DNA from: Meiothermus sp.
GTDB taxonomy: Bacteria > Deinococcota > Deinococci > Deinococcales > Thermaceae
Assembly (NCBI GenBank): GCA_033762915.1
Contig: JANRLD010000078.1
Span: forward strand, 1-64,000
DNA: 64,000 nt
Direction: 5' to 3'
How positions within the stretch are numbered: position 1 is the stretch's first letter; each line of letters starts with the position of its first letter. Position numbers and translations under genes: made by a program. The notes under the pieces are model-generated. The model did not search any database and had not been told where the DNA came from. It saw nothing but the letters and a program-made list of their open reading frames with translations. Below, in pieces: positions 30,678 to 40,667 of this stretch.

Positions 30678-31184
30678 TCAGGCCTTGGCCTCGAGTTCGA
30701 GCTGCCTGAACACCTGGGCCGCCCAGGTCTCGATCGGCACCCAGCCGCTCCATTCGCCCTTCGGCAGTTCCTTGGCGTTGACCAGCAGGTGGGGGGGCAT
30801 GGCCTGGGCGTCACGGGAGACGATGGCCACCTCGAGGGGCTCGACGCTGCGGCGCACCTCGCGCAGCTGGATCAGCACCTCCTCCACCCGGTCGGGGAAT
30901 TCGCCCAGTAGGGCGGTGTAAACCATGAAGTAGAGGGTGGGCAGCTTGCCCAGGGCCTCGCGGTGGTGCTGGACGAAGTGCTCAGCCTCGGGCAGCCAAC
31001 GCTGCTCGCGGGTGCCGCTGCCCAGGATTACTGCGCGGTAGGCGCTCAGGCTCTTGACCTGCTCGATGGGCCGCACCTCCACCAGGCCCCCCTGCTTGCG
31101 CACGGCTTGGCTGATGGCCTCGGCGACCTTCTGGGTGGTTCCGCCACGGGTGGCGTAGGCGATCAGGATGGGTTGCTGGGTCAT
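30678..31184 (-). CDS. Flavodoxin-domain protein (HemG-like)
   Basis: ILIAYATRGGTTQKVAEAI FMN-phosphate loop, YRAVILGS, W..IETWA. Confidence 0.8.
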   Translation of the reverse strand: MTQQPILIAYATRGGTTQKVAEAISQAVRKQGGLVEVRPIEQVKSLSAYRAVILGSGTREQRWLPEAEHFVQHHREALGKLPTLYFMVYTALLGEFPDRVEEVLIQLREVRRSVEPLEVAIVSRDAQAMPPHLLVNAKELPKGEWSGWVPIETWAAQVFRQLELEAKA

Positions 31185-31451
31185 GATGTCCCTCCGAAGA
31201 TGAACCAGGGGTGCGGGGCTTGCCGCTCAAGCCGCCGCCCCCTGCGACTTTTGTAGGATGAACCGGGAGGATTACTGAAGCATTACCAAGGCTCGAGGCG
31301 ATCGAGTTCGGTCGGATGCGCCACCCCCCCAGGGGCGCTCGAGGTCGCCCCGATCTATGCCCGGTCTGACCGCTGTCTCAGGCTGGCTCGGTCGGCGCAA
31401 TTCCCTGCGGGAGTTGGCGGGCAGCAGATCGCAGTTCAACCACGAAGACCC

Positions 31452-32333
31452 TTACTCCTCACGGTGTTCGCGTACCAGCAGCACAGCGCACCCGGCGCGG
31501 TGTACCACCCGCTCGGCCACGCTCCCCAGCAGCCAGTGGTCGAGTCCCGTTCGCCCGTGGGTGCCCATCACTATCAGGTCGGCCTGCTGCTCGGATGCGG
31601 CCCGCGCAATCCGGTCTCCGATGCGCTCGCCCTCCGCGTCCAGCAACAGCCCCTCGGCGTCGGGGAAGTCGGCGGTGGCCTCCTCGAGCAGCCGCTGCCC
31701 CTCCAGGCGCAAGTCCTCCGGCTCCACGCCCTGGGGGTAGTAGGGCTCGTAGAGCCGGGTGGGGAGCTGCGGCACCACGTGCAGCACCACCAGACGGCTG
31801 TTGAGGTAGCCCACCAGCCGCTTGGCCTGATTCAGGGCCAGACGGCTGAGGGCGCTGCCGTCCACGCTCACCATCACCCGCTCGAACAGCGGCACCGCCT
31901 CGCCACGCCGGGCCAGCAGCACCGGCACCGTGGCCCGGCGCACCACCCGCTCGGCCACGCTTCCCAGCATCAGGTGGGCAAAGCCCTCCCTCGAGTGTGT
32001 CCCCATCACGATCAGGTCACAGCCCTCGGCCTGTGCGGTCTTAACGATGCCCTCGGCGGAGGGCTGCCACTGGGCCAACAGGGTCTGAGTCTGGTTAGAG
32101 AGGCCCTCGGCGGCGGCGGCTTCCTGCCAGCGCTTTAAGAGGGCTTGGGCGTCGGCCTGCACGCTCTCCAGGGCCGCCTTGTAGCTGTCGCGGGCCGCCA
32201 CCACCGGCCAGCCGTCCAGCACGCAGACGAACAGCACCTTTGAGCCCAGCCACCCCGCCAGCGCGATCCCGATGCGCCCGGCGTGCTCGCTACAGGCCGA
32301 CCCGTCTACCGCGATCAGGATTTTCTGGAACAT
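31452..32333 (-). CDS. Tandem universal stress protein
   Basis: Two USP domains: ILIAVDGS...DLIVMGTH...LGSVAERVV, repeated. Confidence 0.92.
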   Translation of the reverse strand: MFQKILIAVDGSACSEHAGRIGIALAGWLGSKVLFVCVLDGWPVVAARDSYKAALESVQADAQALLKRWQEAAAAEGLSNQTQTLLAQWQPSAEGIVKTAQAEGCDLIVMGTHSREGFAHLMLGSVAERVVRRATVPVLLARRGEAVPLFERVMVSVDGSALSRLALNQAKRLVGYLNSRLVVLHVVPQLPTRLYEPYYPQGVEPEDLRLEGQRLLEEATADFPDAEGLLLDAEGERIGDRIARAASEQQADLIVMGTHGRTGLDHWLLGSVAERVVHRAGCAVLLVREHREE

Positions 32334-32361
32334 AACCCTCCTCGCTTTTCTCTCCCCTGTG

Positions 32362-32467
32362 ACAGCAGTTCCCACGAATGCCACGCACGCAGAGACTCGG
32401 ATGTGTGGGGTACATTACGCCCGCTTCAGCGCATCACCGCGTGAGGCGTAATGGTGGGAACCGCTGT
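32362..32467. repeat. Repeat family B element (MITE-like), best-preserved copy
   Basis: ACAGCAGTTCCCAC ... GTGGGAACCGCTGT, a 14-bp inverted repeat with one mismatch. Confidence 0.7.
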
Positions 32468-32473
32468 GACGCC

Positions 32474-32908
32474 TCAGAGCCTGCGGAACCAGAAGCGCTC
32501 CCGATCCAGCGCGGGGTCGTAGCCCAGCCCGGCCAGGCCAGCCGCCTCGAGGTCTGCCAGCACCTCCCGCGCCACCTCCCGGTCGAGGCGGAGCTTGTCG
32601 GCGATAAAGCGGGCGGCCTCGTCGCGGGATTCAACACCGTGCTGACCCGCCAGCTCCGGGTATTCCTCGTCAAGATCGTGCAGGAGCTGGTCCAGGTCGA
32701 CCGGGTGGCGGCTCAACACCCAGCCCTCGCCCAGGCGCTGCAGGTGCCGGCTCTCCTCGAGCCAGCGCAAGGCCGAGTCCGCCTCCGGCTCGGGCAGGCC
32801 ATTAAGTTCCAAGGCCTCGAGCAGCCGCTCACGCTCTGGCCAAAAGTGCTGAGGGGCGCTTCGCATCCGCAGCAGCCAATCCTCAGAGGGGTAGAAGGAC
32901 GTTTTCAT
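32474..32908 (-). CDS. Hypothetical protein, possibly tandem winged-helix-like
   Basis: GAGG RBS, 144 aa with typical codon usage, two helical repeats each ending in a beta hairpin. Confidence 0.55.
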   Translation of the reverse strand: MKTSFYPSEDWLLRMRSAPQHFWPERERLLEALELNGLPEPEADSALRWLEESRHLQRLGEGWVLSRHPVDLDQLLHDLDEEYPELAGQHGVESRDEAARFIADKLRLDREVAREVLADLEAAGLAGLGYDPALDRERFWFRRL

Positions 32909-32965
32909 GGCTCACCTCGCCGCTCCAGCGTAGCGGCATGGCGTTACCGGACGATTACCGGCCCT

Positions 32966-33122
32966 TAAGTTGCGCCAGGGTAGAAATACGGAATCGGCGG
33001 ATACGGTAGCTACGTGCCGGGGCGGAGTGGCGTACGCCATAGGCGCGGAGCGGCTACCCGAGGCGCAATTCCCTGGGGGAGCTGGCGGGCAACATTTCGC
33101 ATTGCAACTATGCAGACACTTA
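32966..33122 (+). repeat. Repeat family A element, full length
   Basis: Long match to the reverse complement of 52551-52724. Core GCGCAATTCCC...ACACTT recurs at 8251, 9042, 18766, 31395 and 52768. Confidence 0.8.
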
Positions 33123-33695
33123 CTCTCCCGAGCGCACATCGCCCAAAGTCCGGGCCCGGTACTCAATCTGTGAAAAACTCGGCGCACATCCTTCGCCGGT
33201 CGGCGACTGGGCCAGGAAGCCTGCCTGGGTAGGGGCGTCCTCGAGTTCAAACAGCCGCACCATGCTCCAGTGGCGGGGACGCTCCAGGTAGTGAAAAGCA
33301 AACACCTTGCCCATCTTGGCCACCCGGTAGTGCACCCGGCTGCCGGGGATGGCGTAGGAATTGCAGTCGTCGGAGCTCCCCTTGGTCACCACCGAGACCA
33401 CCGAGGGCACGCCCTGCGGCGAAAGCTCGAAGCACAGCTTGGCCCAGCTTCTGGGGTGCTGGTAGATCACCAGCACGCCCGCGTCGTAGGTGGACCGAAA
33501 ATCCACCTCCACCGCCGCGCTGAGCGTAAAGTCGTCGGCCACCTTAAAGACCAGCATGGGCGTGTTGGCCGCGCTGTTCCTGCCGAAGGGGTCGTTAAAA
33601 AGGTCGGTGCGGGGGCCGGCCTCGAGGCTTAAGACGCCGTTCTCCATGGTCCACTTGGCGTCGGCGGGGTGGGGTTTTAGCTCGGGCAATTCCAT
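33120..33695 (-). CDS. DUF1349 domain protein (concanavalin-like)
   Basis: TDLF, YDAGVL, WAKLCFE, VSVVT.GSSDD, AQSPTG motifs; GGAGG RBS. Confidence 0.75.
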   Translation of the reverse strand: MELPELKPHPADAKWTMENGVLSLEAGPRTDLFNDPFGRNSAANTPMLVFKVADDFTLSAAVEVDFRSTYDAGVLVIYQHPRSWAKLCFELSPQGVPSVVSVVTKGSSDDCNSYAIPGSRVHYRVAKMGKVFAFHYLERPRHWSMVRLFELEDAPTQAGFLAQSPTGEGCAPSFSQIEYRARTLGDVRSGE

Positions 33696-33766
33696 ATGGC
33701 CTCCCTCAGATGAGCCTATGCACGTTTCTTTGATCTCCCAGCAGCGGCCGGTGCCCGGCCAAAAAC

Positions 33767-35020
33767 CTAACCCTCGGGAATCGCCCGGCGCACCAGCGCC
33801 ATCAGATCGGCGAAGCTCGAGATGTTGTGCGACCTCTTGATCAGCGTCCGGCCCAGCCTCAGTGCCAGCCGCTCGGCGCCGGCTCGCACCCTGGGGTCGG
33901 GGATGGACTCGAGGTCGTAGACGTGCGCGAACCCCACCGTGCGGCGGATCATCTCGCAGCCCGCGTAGCCGCAGGCGTCGCGCAGCAGCTCGAGCACGAA
34001 CCCCTCCTGAAACGCCGGCGACGACCAGGAGACGTCCCGGACGCTTCGCAGCCGCTGGCGGAAGCCGCGCTCGAACGTCGCCCAGCACTGCTCGGCCTGG
34101 GCGTATAAGTAGGCTCGGTACGCCCGTCGCTGCCCGCCGTCCGCCGCATGCCCCTGCTGCGCCGCCGCGTTAAGGAACAGGTTAGCCACAAACAGCCCTA
34201 CGTCGAAGCCCATCGGGCCGTAGAAGGCGAACTCGGGGTCAATCACCCGGATATCGGCGTTACCCCGGGCGTCCGGCGCGGTGGCCATGATCGATCCGGT
34301 GTGCAGGTCGCCGTGCAGCATGGCCTGACCACAGGTCATGAAGCGGTACTTCAGGCGGGCCACCCGGTACCGCACCTCCCCGTCGGCCTGCAGGGCCGCC
34401 AGGTCCTTGGCGATGTGCGGGTTGAAGCTGTTGCGGTTCGGCTTGCCGCCGAGCAATTGGGGCTCAAAGGGCTCGGTCAGGATCAGGTCCTCGGTGATCT
34501 CGCACAGCTCGCCGTTAACGAACCGCGCCGCGAGTTCCTTTTTGGCCTTGGCCTCCAGCCCAAAGTCCGAGGTCCCGAACAGCGTGGCGGCCAGGAACTC
34601 TCCGATGGTCTGTCCCAGGTTCTCGTAGCGCGTTCGTGCCACCATCGGGCGGCGCAATACCTGGTGGGCCCGCAAGTCCTCCATCACGTTGAGGTTTAGC
34701 CCGTCGTCGAACCAGTAGGGCTTGGGCACCAGCGCGGGCGCGAGTTTGTACTGCTGCTCGAGCGCCCTGGCCTCGATCCCCGCCCGCTCCGGCGAGAGCG
34801 GCCAGGCCTCCCCCGCCACCCGCAGGTAGGGTATGCCCTGCTTGAGCAGCAGGCTCTTTGCGGGGTTGCGCTTCTCGAACACCCGGAACACCAGGTTCAG
34901 GTTCCCGTCGCCAATCTCGGCACACTCAAGGGCCGCACGCCTGTCGATCAAGCCCTTGGCAAGCGGGTGTTGCCGCACGTACTCGGTGGCGGAGAGGGGG
35001 TTAAGGATGCGGTAGGACAT
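33767..35020 (-). CDS. mtnK: S-methyl-5-thioribose kinase
   Basis: EIGDGNLNLVF, KQ..PY.R, HGDLHTGS, VIDPEFAFYGPMGFD, EMIRRTVG.AHV. Confidence 0.92.
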   Translation of the reverse strand: MSYRILNPLSATEYVRQHPLAKGLIDRRAALECAEIGDGNLNLVFRVFEKRNPAKSLLLKQGIPYLRVAGEAWPLSPERAGIEARALEQQYKLAPALVPKPYWFDDGLNLNVMEDLRAHQVLRRPMVARTRYENLGQTIGEFLAATLFGTSDFGLEAKAKKELAARFVNGELCEITEDLILTEPFEPQLLGGKPNRNSFNPHIAKDLAALQADGEVRYRVARLKYRFMTCGQAMLHGDLHTGSIMATAPDARGNADIRVIDPEFAFYGPMGFDVGLFVANLFLNAAAQQGHAADGGQRRAYRAYLYAQAEQCWATFERGFRQRLRSVRDVSWSSPAFQEGFVLELLRDACGYAGCEMIRRTVGFAHVYDLESIPDPRVRAGAERLALRLGRTLIKRSHNISSFADLMALVRRAIPEG

Positions 35021-35113
35021 AGGAGTAGCGCCGAGGGGGCCCGAACCACGAACAACCTACCGGAAGCGCCTTCGCCACGCGGAGTGAGGGTTGCGCCGAG
35101 GAAACCCTGTTCT

Positions 35114-36127
35114 TCACGCCAGCTTCCTCCGGGCGAAGACCACGCTCGAGACCAGGATGATCAGCCCGATCACCACCAGCTGCCAGGTGCTGGGCACACC
35201 GATGAGGATCAGGCTGGTGTTGATCAGGGTGATGAGCACCACGCCCAGCAGCGTGCCGGTGACGGTGCCGGTGCCGCCCGTCACCCTGGCCCCGCCCAGC
35301 ACCACCGCCGCGATCACCGTCAGCTCGGAGCCCACCAGGTCGAAGGGGTTGGCCTGGCGGTTCATCGAGGCGTGGAGCATTCCCGCCAGTCCTGCCAGCA
35401 CGCCCACGTAGCCGAAAACGAACAGGTAGACCGTCCGCACGCTGATGCCCAGCCGCTCGGCAATCGGCACGCTGCCCCCCACCGCGTAAATGGCCCGGCC
35501 CAGCAGGGTACGGTTAAGAATCCACCACGTCACCAGCGCGACCGCGATCAACACCAGGAAGGCGATGGGGAGGCCGACCCGGGTGCCCTCGCTCGAGGTG
35601 TAGGCGATGAGGTTGATCTTGCCGAACTGATCCATGCTGGGCGGGATGTCCATGATGTGGCGGCTCCCAATGAAGCCCAGCAGGAAGCCCCGGATCAGGT
35701 ACTGTGTCCCGATGGTCACGATGAGCGACGGCGCTCGGAAGCGGTGGACAATGACGCCGTTCAGCAGGCCCAGCAGCAGACCGAAGCCGATGGAGATCAG
35801 GAGCGGCAGCGCGAACGGCGCGTTGGGCGCGACGTTGAGCACGATGACCGTACTGGCGTAGAGCGCGAAGGCCCCGATGGCAGTGAAGGAGACGTCAATC
35901 CCGCCCGCCGCCAGCACCAGCAGTACCCCCAGCGCGAAGATCCCGGTCACGATCATCGAGCGCAGCAGGTCAAACAGGCTGGCGGGCTGGATAAAGGCCG
36001 GGTTGATGACGGTGATCAGCACGCTCAGCGCGACAATCAGCATCAACGTGAAGAACTCAGGGCGGCGCAGCAGCCCAGCCCACCTCGAGGGGGCGGCGGC
36101 TTTGGGGGGATCGGTGGCGGGAGACAT
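35114..36127 (-). CDS. Sugar ABC permease (RbsC-like)
   Basis: GGIDVSF, GRAIYAVGG, ELTVIAAVVLGG. Confidence 0.9.
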   Translation of the reverse strand: MSPATDPPKAAAPSRWAGLLRRPEFFTLMLIVALSVLITVINPAFIQPASLFDLLRSMIVTGIFALGVLLVLAAGGIDVSFTAIGAFALYASTVIVLNVAPNAPFALPLLISIGFGLLLGLLNGVIVHRFRAPSLIVTIGTQYLIRGFLLGFIGSRHIMDIPPSMDQFGKINLIAYTSSEGTRVGLPIAFLVLIAVALVTWWILNRTLLGRAIYAVGGSVPIAERLGISVRTVYLFVFGYVGVLAGLAGMLHASMNRQANPFDLVGSELTVIAAVVLGGARVTGGTGTVTGTLLGVVLITLINTSLILIGVPSTWQLVVIGLIILVSSVVFARRKLA

Positions 36128-36207
36128 ATCAGCGGGTGGCGGGCGTAGCGGAGCGGAGGGTAGTAGTTACTAACAGGTGGCGGGTAGCAAAGTTAAAAGC
36201 CAGAAAC

Positions 36208-36304
36208 AACCCCCCGGTGAGTCATAGGGGTCGGGAAGGCTCGAGACGCAAGCCGCGAGGTCGGACAATGCGCGTTCACCGACCCCGCAACTCGAGGGGG
36301 GGTT
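36208..36304. repeat. Repeat family D element
   Basis: AACCCCCCGGTGAGT ... ACTCGAGGGGGGGTT imperfect terminal inverted repeat. The 3' half matches 47229-47290. Confidence 0.5.
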
Positions 36305-36345
36305 TCTTCACAAGCCAACAAAAACCGAGTCATTCACCCTCTCCC

Positions 36346-37872
36346 CTACTCGCTCAACAGCTCTCGAGACAGCACGTCCTCGCTCAGACCCTCCACCGGG
36401 AATTCCCTGGCGATCCGACCCTTCTTCATAACCAGGATTCGGTCGCAGTTTTGCAGCAGTTCGGGCAGGTCGTCGGAGACGATGATGACCCCGATGCCGC
36501 CCTCCGCGAGGTTCTGGACGATCTTGTAGAGGGCATCCTTGGAACCCACGTCCACCCCCATCGTCGGGCCGTGCAACAGCAGCACCTTGGGCTCGATGCC
36601 CAGCCAGCGGGCCACCATCACCCGCTGCTGGTTGCCGCCGGAGAGCGACTGCACCGGCAGCATGACGTTGGGGGTGGCGATCTGCAAGTCCTTTACGGCC
36701 TGCTCGGCCTTGGCCTGGCTCTTGGGCATGTCCACCTGGTTGCCGCGCAGCAGCCGGTCGAGAATCGAGACCACGATGTTCTCTCGGATCGGCTTCTGGA
36801 TGAACAGCCCCTCGGTCAGGCGGTCTTCGGGGACGTAGCCGATGCCCAGCTTGATGGCGTCCCTGGGGTTCTTGATGCGGACGGGCTGCCCCTCGAGCCG
36901 CACCTCCCCCGAGTCCGCCGGATGCACCCCGGAGATGCCCAGCGATAGCTCGTTGCGCCCGGAGTCCAGCAGGCCGGTGATGCCCAGCACCTCCCCCCGG
37001 TGCAGCCGGAGCGAGATGTCTTGATAGAACCTTTTACTGCTGAAGTTGCTCAACTCCAGAAGCACCTCGGCCTGCGGCTTGCCTGCGCGGTAGGAGTGCT
37101 TGTCGAGTTGCTTTCCGGTCATCAGGAAAGCGATCTGTTCCTTGGTGTAGTCCTTCAGGCTGCCCTCGGCTACCTTCTGTCCGTCGCGCAGCACGATCAC
37201 GTTCCCGCCGATGCGGAACACCTCGTCGAGCTTGTGGCTCACGAACAAGACGCTCACCCCGTCGGCGCGCAGCTTGCCGACGATCCCAATGAGGTTCTCG
37301 ACCTCCTTCTGGGTGAGCGCCGCCGTCGGCTCGTCCATGATGACCAGCGTGGCCTTGGTCGCAATGCCTCGAGCAATCGCCACCAGCTGCCGCACCGCGA
37401 TGGGCAGGTCTTCGACTTTGGTCTCGAGAAAGTCCGCCGTGGGGCTCAGCCCGACCCGCTGGAGGGCTGCGCCGGCGACCTGGTTCAGCTTGGCCCAGTC
37501 GAAGCCTCTGGCCAGCTGCCCGTTGTTGGCGATGAGCTGGGTATTGAAGGCCACGTTCTCGGCCACGCTCAGGTTGGGGAAGAGCGAGAGGTCCTGATAG
37601 ACCGTCTCGATGCCCACCTTAAGCGACTCGAGAGCCCCCAGCCTGCTGTAGCTTTGCCCCCGCACCGTGAGCGTCCCCGAGTCCGGCGGCTGCGCCCCGG
37701 AGATGATCTTGATCAGCGTGGACTTGCCCGACCCGTTCTCGCCCAGCAGGTGATAAATCTCTCCACCCCGGATGGTCATGCTGACCCCGCGCAGGGCGCG
37801 CACCCCGCCGAAAGCCTTGGTGATGTCCTCGAGGCGGAGGAACTCGGGTGAGGTCGGGGGTTCGGCGGTCAT
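36346..37872 (-). CDS. Sugar ABC ATP-binding protein (two NBDs, RbsA-like)
   Basis: GENGSGKST, MDEPT, PEDR, LSGGNQQ. Confidence 0.93.
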   Translation of the reverse strand: MTAEPPTSPEFLRLEDITKAFGGVRALRGVSMTIRGGEIYHLLGENGSGKSTLIKIISGAQPPDSGTLTVRGQSYSRLGALESLKVGIETVYQDLSLFPNLSVAENVAFNTQLIANNGQLARGFDWAKLNQVAGAALQRVGLSPTADFLETKVEDLPIAVRQLVAIARGIATKATLVIMDEPTAALTQKEVENLIGIVGKLRADGVSVLFVSHKLDEVFRIGGNVIVLRDGQKVAEGSLKDYTKEQIAFLMTGKQLDKHSYRAGKPQAEVLLELSNFSSKRFYQDISLRLHRGEVLGITGLLDSGRNELSLGISGVHPADSGEVRLEGQPVRIKNPRDAIKLGIGYVPEDRLTEGLFIQKPIRENIVVSILDRLLRGNQVDMPKSQAKAEQAVKDLQIATPNVMLPVQSLSGGNQQRVMVARWLGIEPKVLLLHGPTMGVDVGSKDALYKIVQNLAEGGIGVIIVSDDLPELLQNCDRILVMKKGRIAREFPVEGLSEDVLSRELLSE

Positions 37873-38247
37873 AGGCAGAAGTCAGCGGTCGGCGATGCAG
37901 GGGCGGGGCGGAAGGTAAAAGGGATTCCGTTGTTTTGTATCTGGAAAAGGTTGTCTGTTATGTACTGGAGGAGTTATTCCGGGCGGAGCGAGGAGTCCCA
38001 GCGTGCGGGAAGCGCGGTGCGGCGGATTTCCCGCCTGCTTGCAAAGGATTCCCCTCGGCACACGTCGCCAAAACTGCGACCACGCTGGGCTGGCTCGAGG
38101 TGGCAACCCCTACAGTAACGGGGATCGGGCTTTTTTCGTCGGCTTTGGTGAGGGATGCGCCCTGCGTCTGTGGCGCTCGAGCGCACCCCTCATATGGGCG
38201 GGAAGGCGGCGTAGCTGTTTCTTGCTCCGCGTTCCCTGCCGCCTGGC

Positions 38248-39258
38248 TTAGAAGGGGTAATCCTTCAGGTTGGCCTTGTCGACGAATACGGCTGCATTAC
38301 CGTAGATGATCGAGCCGGCACCCGCGCCCTTGACCACACGCACGCGCTCGTAGCCCTTGACGCCCAGGTTCATGCCGTCGGTGACAGCCCTGCCCTCTAC
38401 AGCCATCTGGGCCACCCGGTTCATCACGATGCCCGCGTCGCGGGGATCCCAGAAGCCGATACCATCCACCGCACCGCTCTCGATAAAGCGGCCCGCGATG
38501 CTGGGCAGGCTGGTGCCGAACACGCACACGCGGTTGCTCAGGCCGGCCTCCTCGATGGCCCGGCCGATGCCCGCCACGTCGGTGGAGGCGCTACCCTGGA
38601 AGCCGCGGATGTCGGGGTGCTTGCGGAGGATCTCGCGCGCCTTCTGGTAGGCCTGGTCGGCGCTGTCGGCGGTCTCCTGCTTGGCGTCTACGAGCTGCAT
38701 CCCGCTGTGCTTTCTAGCGTTGGCGATGCCACCATCGGCCCACTGGTTGTGGGTCTTGGAGCCCAGGCTGCCTACGAAGACCGTCCACTTGCCGGTGCGG
38801 CCCATGCACTGAGCCAAGCGCTCGTTGAGTTGCGCGCCGAAGTCCTCGTTCTGGAAGGCCTCGATGTCGTAGAGGGTGTTGACCTGGTTGGTGGCCTCGT
38901 GGGTCACTACCTTGATGCCGCGGTCCATGGCCTGCTTGAGAACGGGCTCGAGCACCGTGGGGTCCATCGGCACAATCGCGATCGCGTCAGGGCGGCGGGC
39001 GATCACGTCCTGAATCACCCTGAGCTGCTGCGCCGCGTCGGCCTGGGCCGGGCCGGTCTGGGTGGCGTTGTTGCCCGAGGCGGTGGCGTACTGCTTGACG
39101 CCCTCCTCCATGCGGTTGAACCAGTTGATGCCGGTGATCTTCACCACCGTGACCATGTTTAGCCGCCGGTTCTGGGCCTCGACATAGTTAAAGGCGCCGA
39201 TCCCCACCGCTGCCGCCACGCCCACCGCAGCCGTTATCCATATTGCCTTTCTGTTCAT
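38248..39258 (-). CDS. Sugar ABC substrate-binding protein (LsrB/RhaS-like)
   Basis: AGGAGG RBS, signal peptide, VVKITGINWFNRMEEG, FWDP, C-terminal YPF. Confidence 0.88.
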   Translation of the reverse strand: MNRKAIWITAAVGVAAAVGIGAFNYVEAQNRRLNMVTVVKITGINWFNRMEEGVKQYATASGNNATQTGPAQADAAQQLRVIQDVIARRPDAIAIVPMDPTVLEPVLKQAMDRGIKVVTHEATNQVNTLYDIEAFQNEDFGAQLNERLAQCMGRTGKWTVFVGSLGSKTHNQWADGGIANARKHSGMQLVDAKQETADSADQAYQKAREILRKHPDIRGFQGSASTDVAGIGRAIEEAGLSNRVCVFGTSLPSIAGRFIESGAVDGIGFWDPRDAGIVMNRVAQMAVEGRAVTDGMNLGVKGYERVRVVKGAGAGSIIYGNAAVFVDKANLKDYPF

Positions 39259-39439
39259 GGTTCCTCCTGATTTCGAATCACTCGAGATGGCTCGAGACAA
39301 TTCCTTAAGTGTTTGGGGAGTCGGGGTTTGCGGGCTGGGTCTCTAACAACCCAGGCTTAGCCGTTCCCTGGTCTGGCCGGCCGCTAGCAGCCCCGCAGCA
39401 CCTCCACCGCTCCCAGTTAGCCGTTCCCCGTATTGCACC

Positions 39440-40459
39440 TCACCCCGTCTCCCGCCTTCGCCTCGGCAAGAACTGCTGCCAGGCGCTGGTGAACACGATG
39501 GACAAGAGCAGCAACAGGCCCCAGGTGAAATCGCGCAGGAAGTTGGAGACGTTGAGCAGGTTGAGGCCGCTCGAGAGCAGTTGCAGTGCTACCCCGGCCA
39601 GCACCAGTCCCAGCACCCGCCCATGGCCACCGTCGGGGTTGATGCCTCCCATCACCGCCATCAGGATGGCGATGAGTAGATAGGAGGCCCCGAAGTCCCA
39701 CTTGGCGCTGCTGTTGGCCGACGCCGAGATGATGCCAGAGATCGAGGCCAGCACCCCGCACAGGGTGTAGGTGAACAGCTGCATCTGGCGGGTGTTGATG
39801 CCCGCGAAGTGGGCCGCCTTGGGGTTGGTACCCATCAGGTAGAGCCGGAAGCCGAAGCGCGTGCGGCCCAGCAGCCAGGCCACCAGCAGGGCCGCTACCA
39901 AGAAGATGACGAAGGGGATCGGCACCCCGAACAGGGTACCGTTGCCGATCTGTACAAAGGGCTCGACGTAGCCCAGGCTGACCGTGGGGCCACCCGAGAG
40001 TGCCACCCCCAGGCCAACAAACAGGAGCTGGGTGCCCAGTGTTGCGAGGATGGGGGCGAAGCCGGCCCTCGAGATCAGCAGCCCGTTGATGACGCCACAC
40101 GCCACCCCCACCATCAGGGCCACCACCACAAACACCAGCATGAAGGCCGCGCCGCTGCCGTCCGCAACGGTGGCCTTGGCGACCAGCCCCGCCGTGATAG
40201 CCGAGAGGTTGGCGATGCCCACCACCGACAGGTCAATGCCGCCGTTGCCCGAGACCATCGCCAGCATGATCGCCAGAGCCAGCAGGGCGATCTCGGGGAG
40301 CTGCTTGGCCATGTTCTGGATGTTAAACGGGTCGAGAAACTGCCCCGACGACACCGCCGACGCCACCAGCAAAATCACCAAGTTGGCGATCAGCAAGAAG
40401 CGGATATGGCGGTCGGAGAACAGGTCACGCAGCAAGGAAAGCCTCTCCAGGAGCAGCAA
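39440..40459 (-). CDS. Sugar ABC permease
   Basis: GGIDLS, PILATLGT, GTNPKAA.FAGI, MGGINP.GG.G. Confidence 0.9.
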   Translation of the reverse strand: MLLLERLSLLRDLFSDRHIRFLLIANLVILLVASAVSSGQFLDPFNIQNMAKQLPEIALLALAIMLAMVSGNGGIDLSVVGIANLSAITAGLVAKATVADGSGAAFMLVFVVVALMVGVACGVINGLLISRAGFAPILATLGTQLLFVGLGVALSGGPTVSLGYVEPFVQIGNGTLFGVPIPFVIFLVAALLVAWLLGRTRFGFRLYLMGTNPKAAHFAGINTRQMQLFTYTLCGVLASISGIISASANSSAKWDFGASYLLIAILMAVMGGINPDGGHGRVLGLVLAGVALQLLSSGLNLLNVSNFLRDFTWGLLLLLSIVFTSAWQQFLPRRRRETG

Positions 40460-40462
40460 ATC

Positions 40463-40476
40463 TGCAATCGTTTGCA
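40463..40476. promoter_or_regulatory. LacI-family-type operator 1
   Basis: TGCAATCGTTTGCA fits TGNAANCGNTTNCA and is the exact reverse complement of 45901-45914. Confidence 0.7.
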
Positions 40477-40667
40477 GCCAGACCCACGCGCAAAAATCAG
40501 TAGCTCGAAGGTCTATTCAAAAGTTGGACGCTTCGGATATTATCAAGCCGTTCAAAGGATTGCAAGCGCACGGCTTCCACACTCGGAATCTTTCTAGCTC
40601 GGGCCACATTTTCGGCCCAGGCTCGAGCCGCCAGCCGACGCACTGCGATCACGGTTCAGGAGGCAAC

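Noticed and set aside
35021..35113. Possible SAM riboswitch ahead of mtnK, or T-box ahead of proS
   Set aside because: No S-box core or T-box (AAGGTGGTACC-like) sequence is visible. mtnK is operon-internal and proS looks leaderless.
39984..40667. 560-aa ORF suggesting an N-terminally extended DhaK
   Set aside because: The extension is antisense to the permease. A strong AGGAGG precedes GTG at 40668, where DhaK similarity begins.
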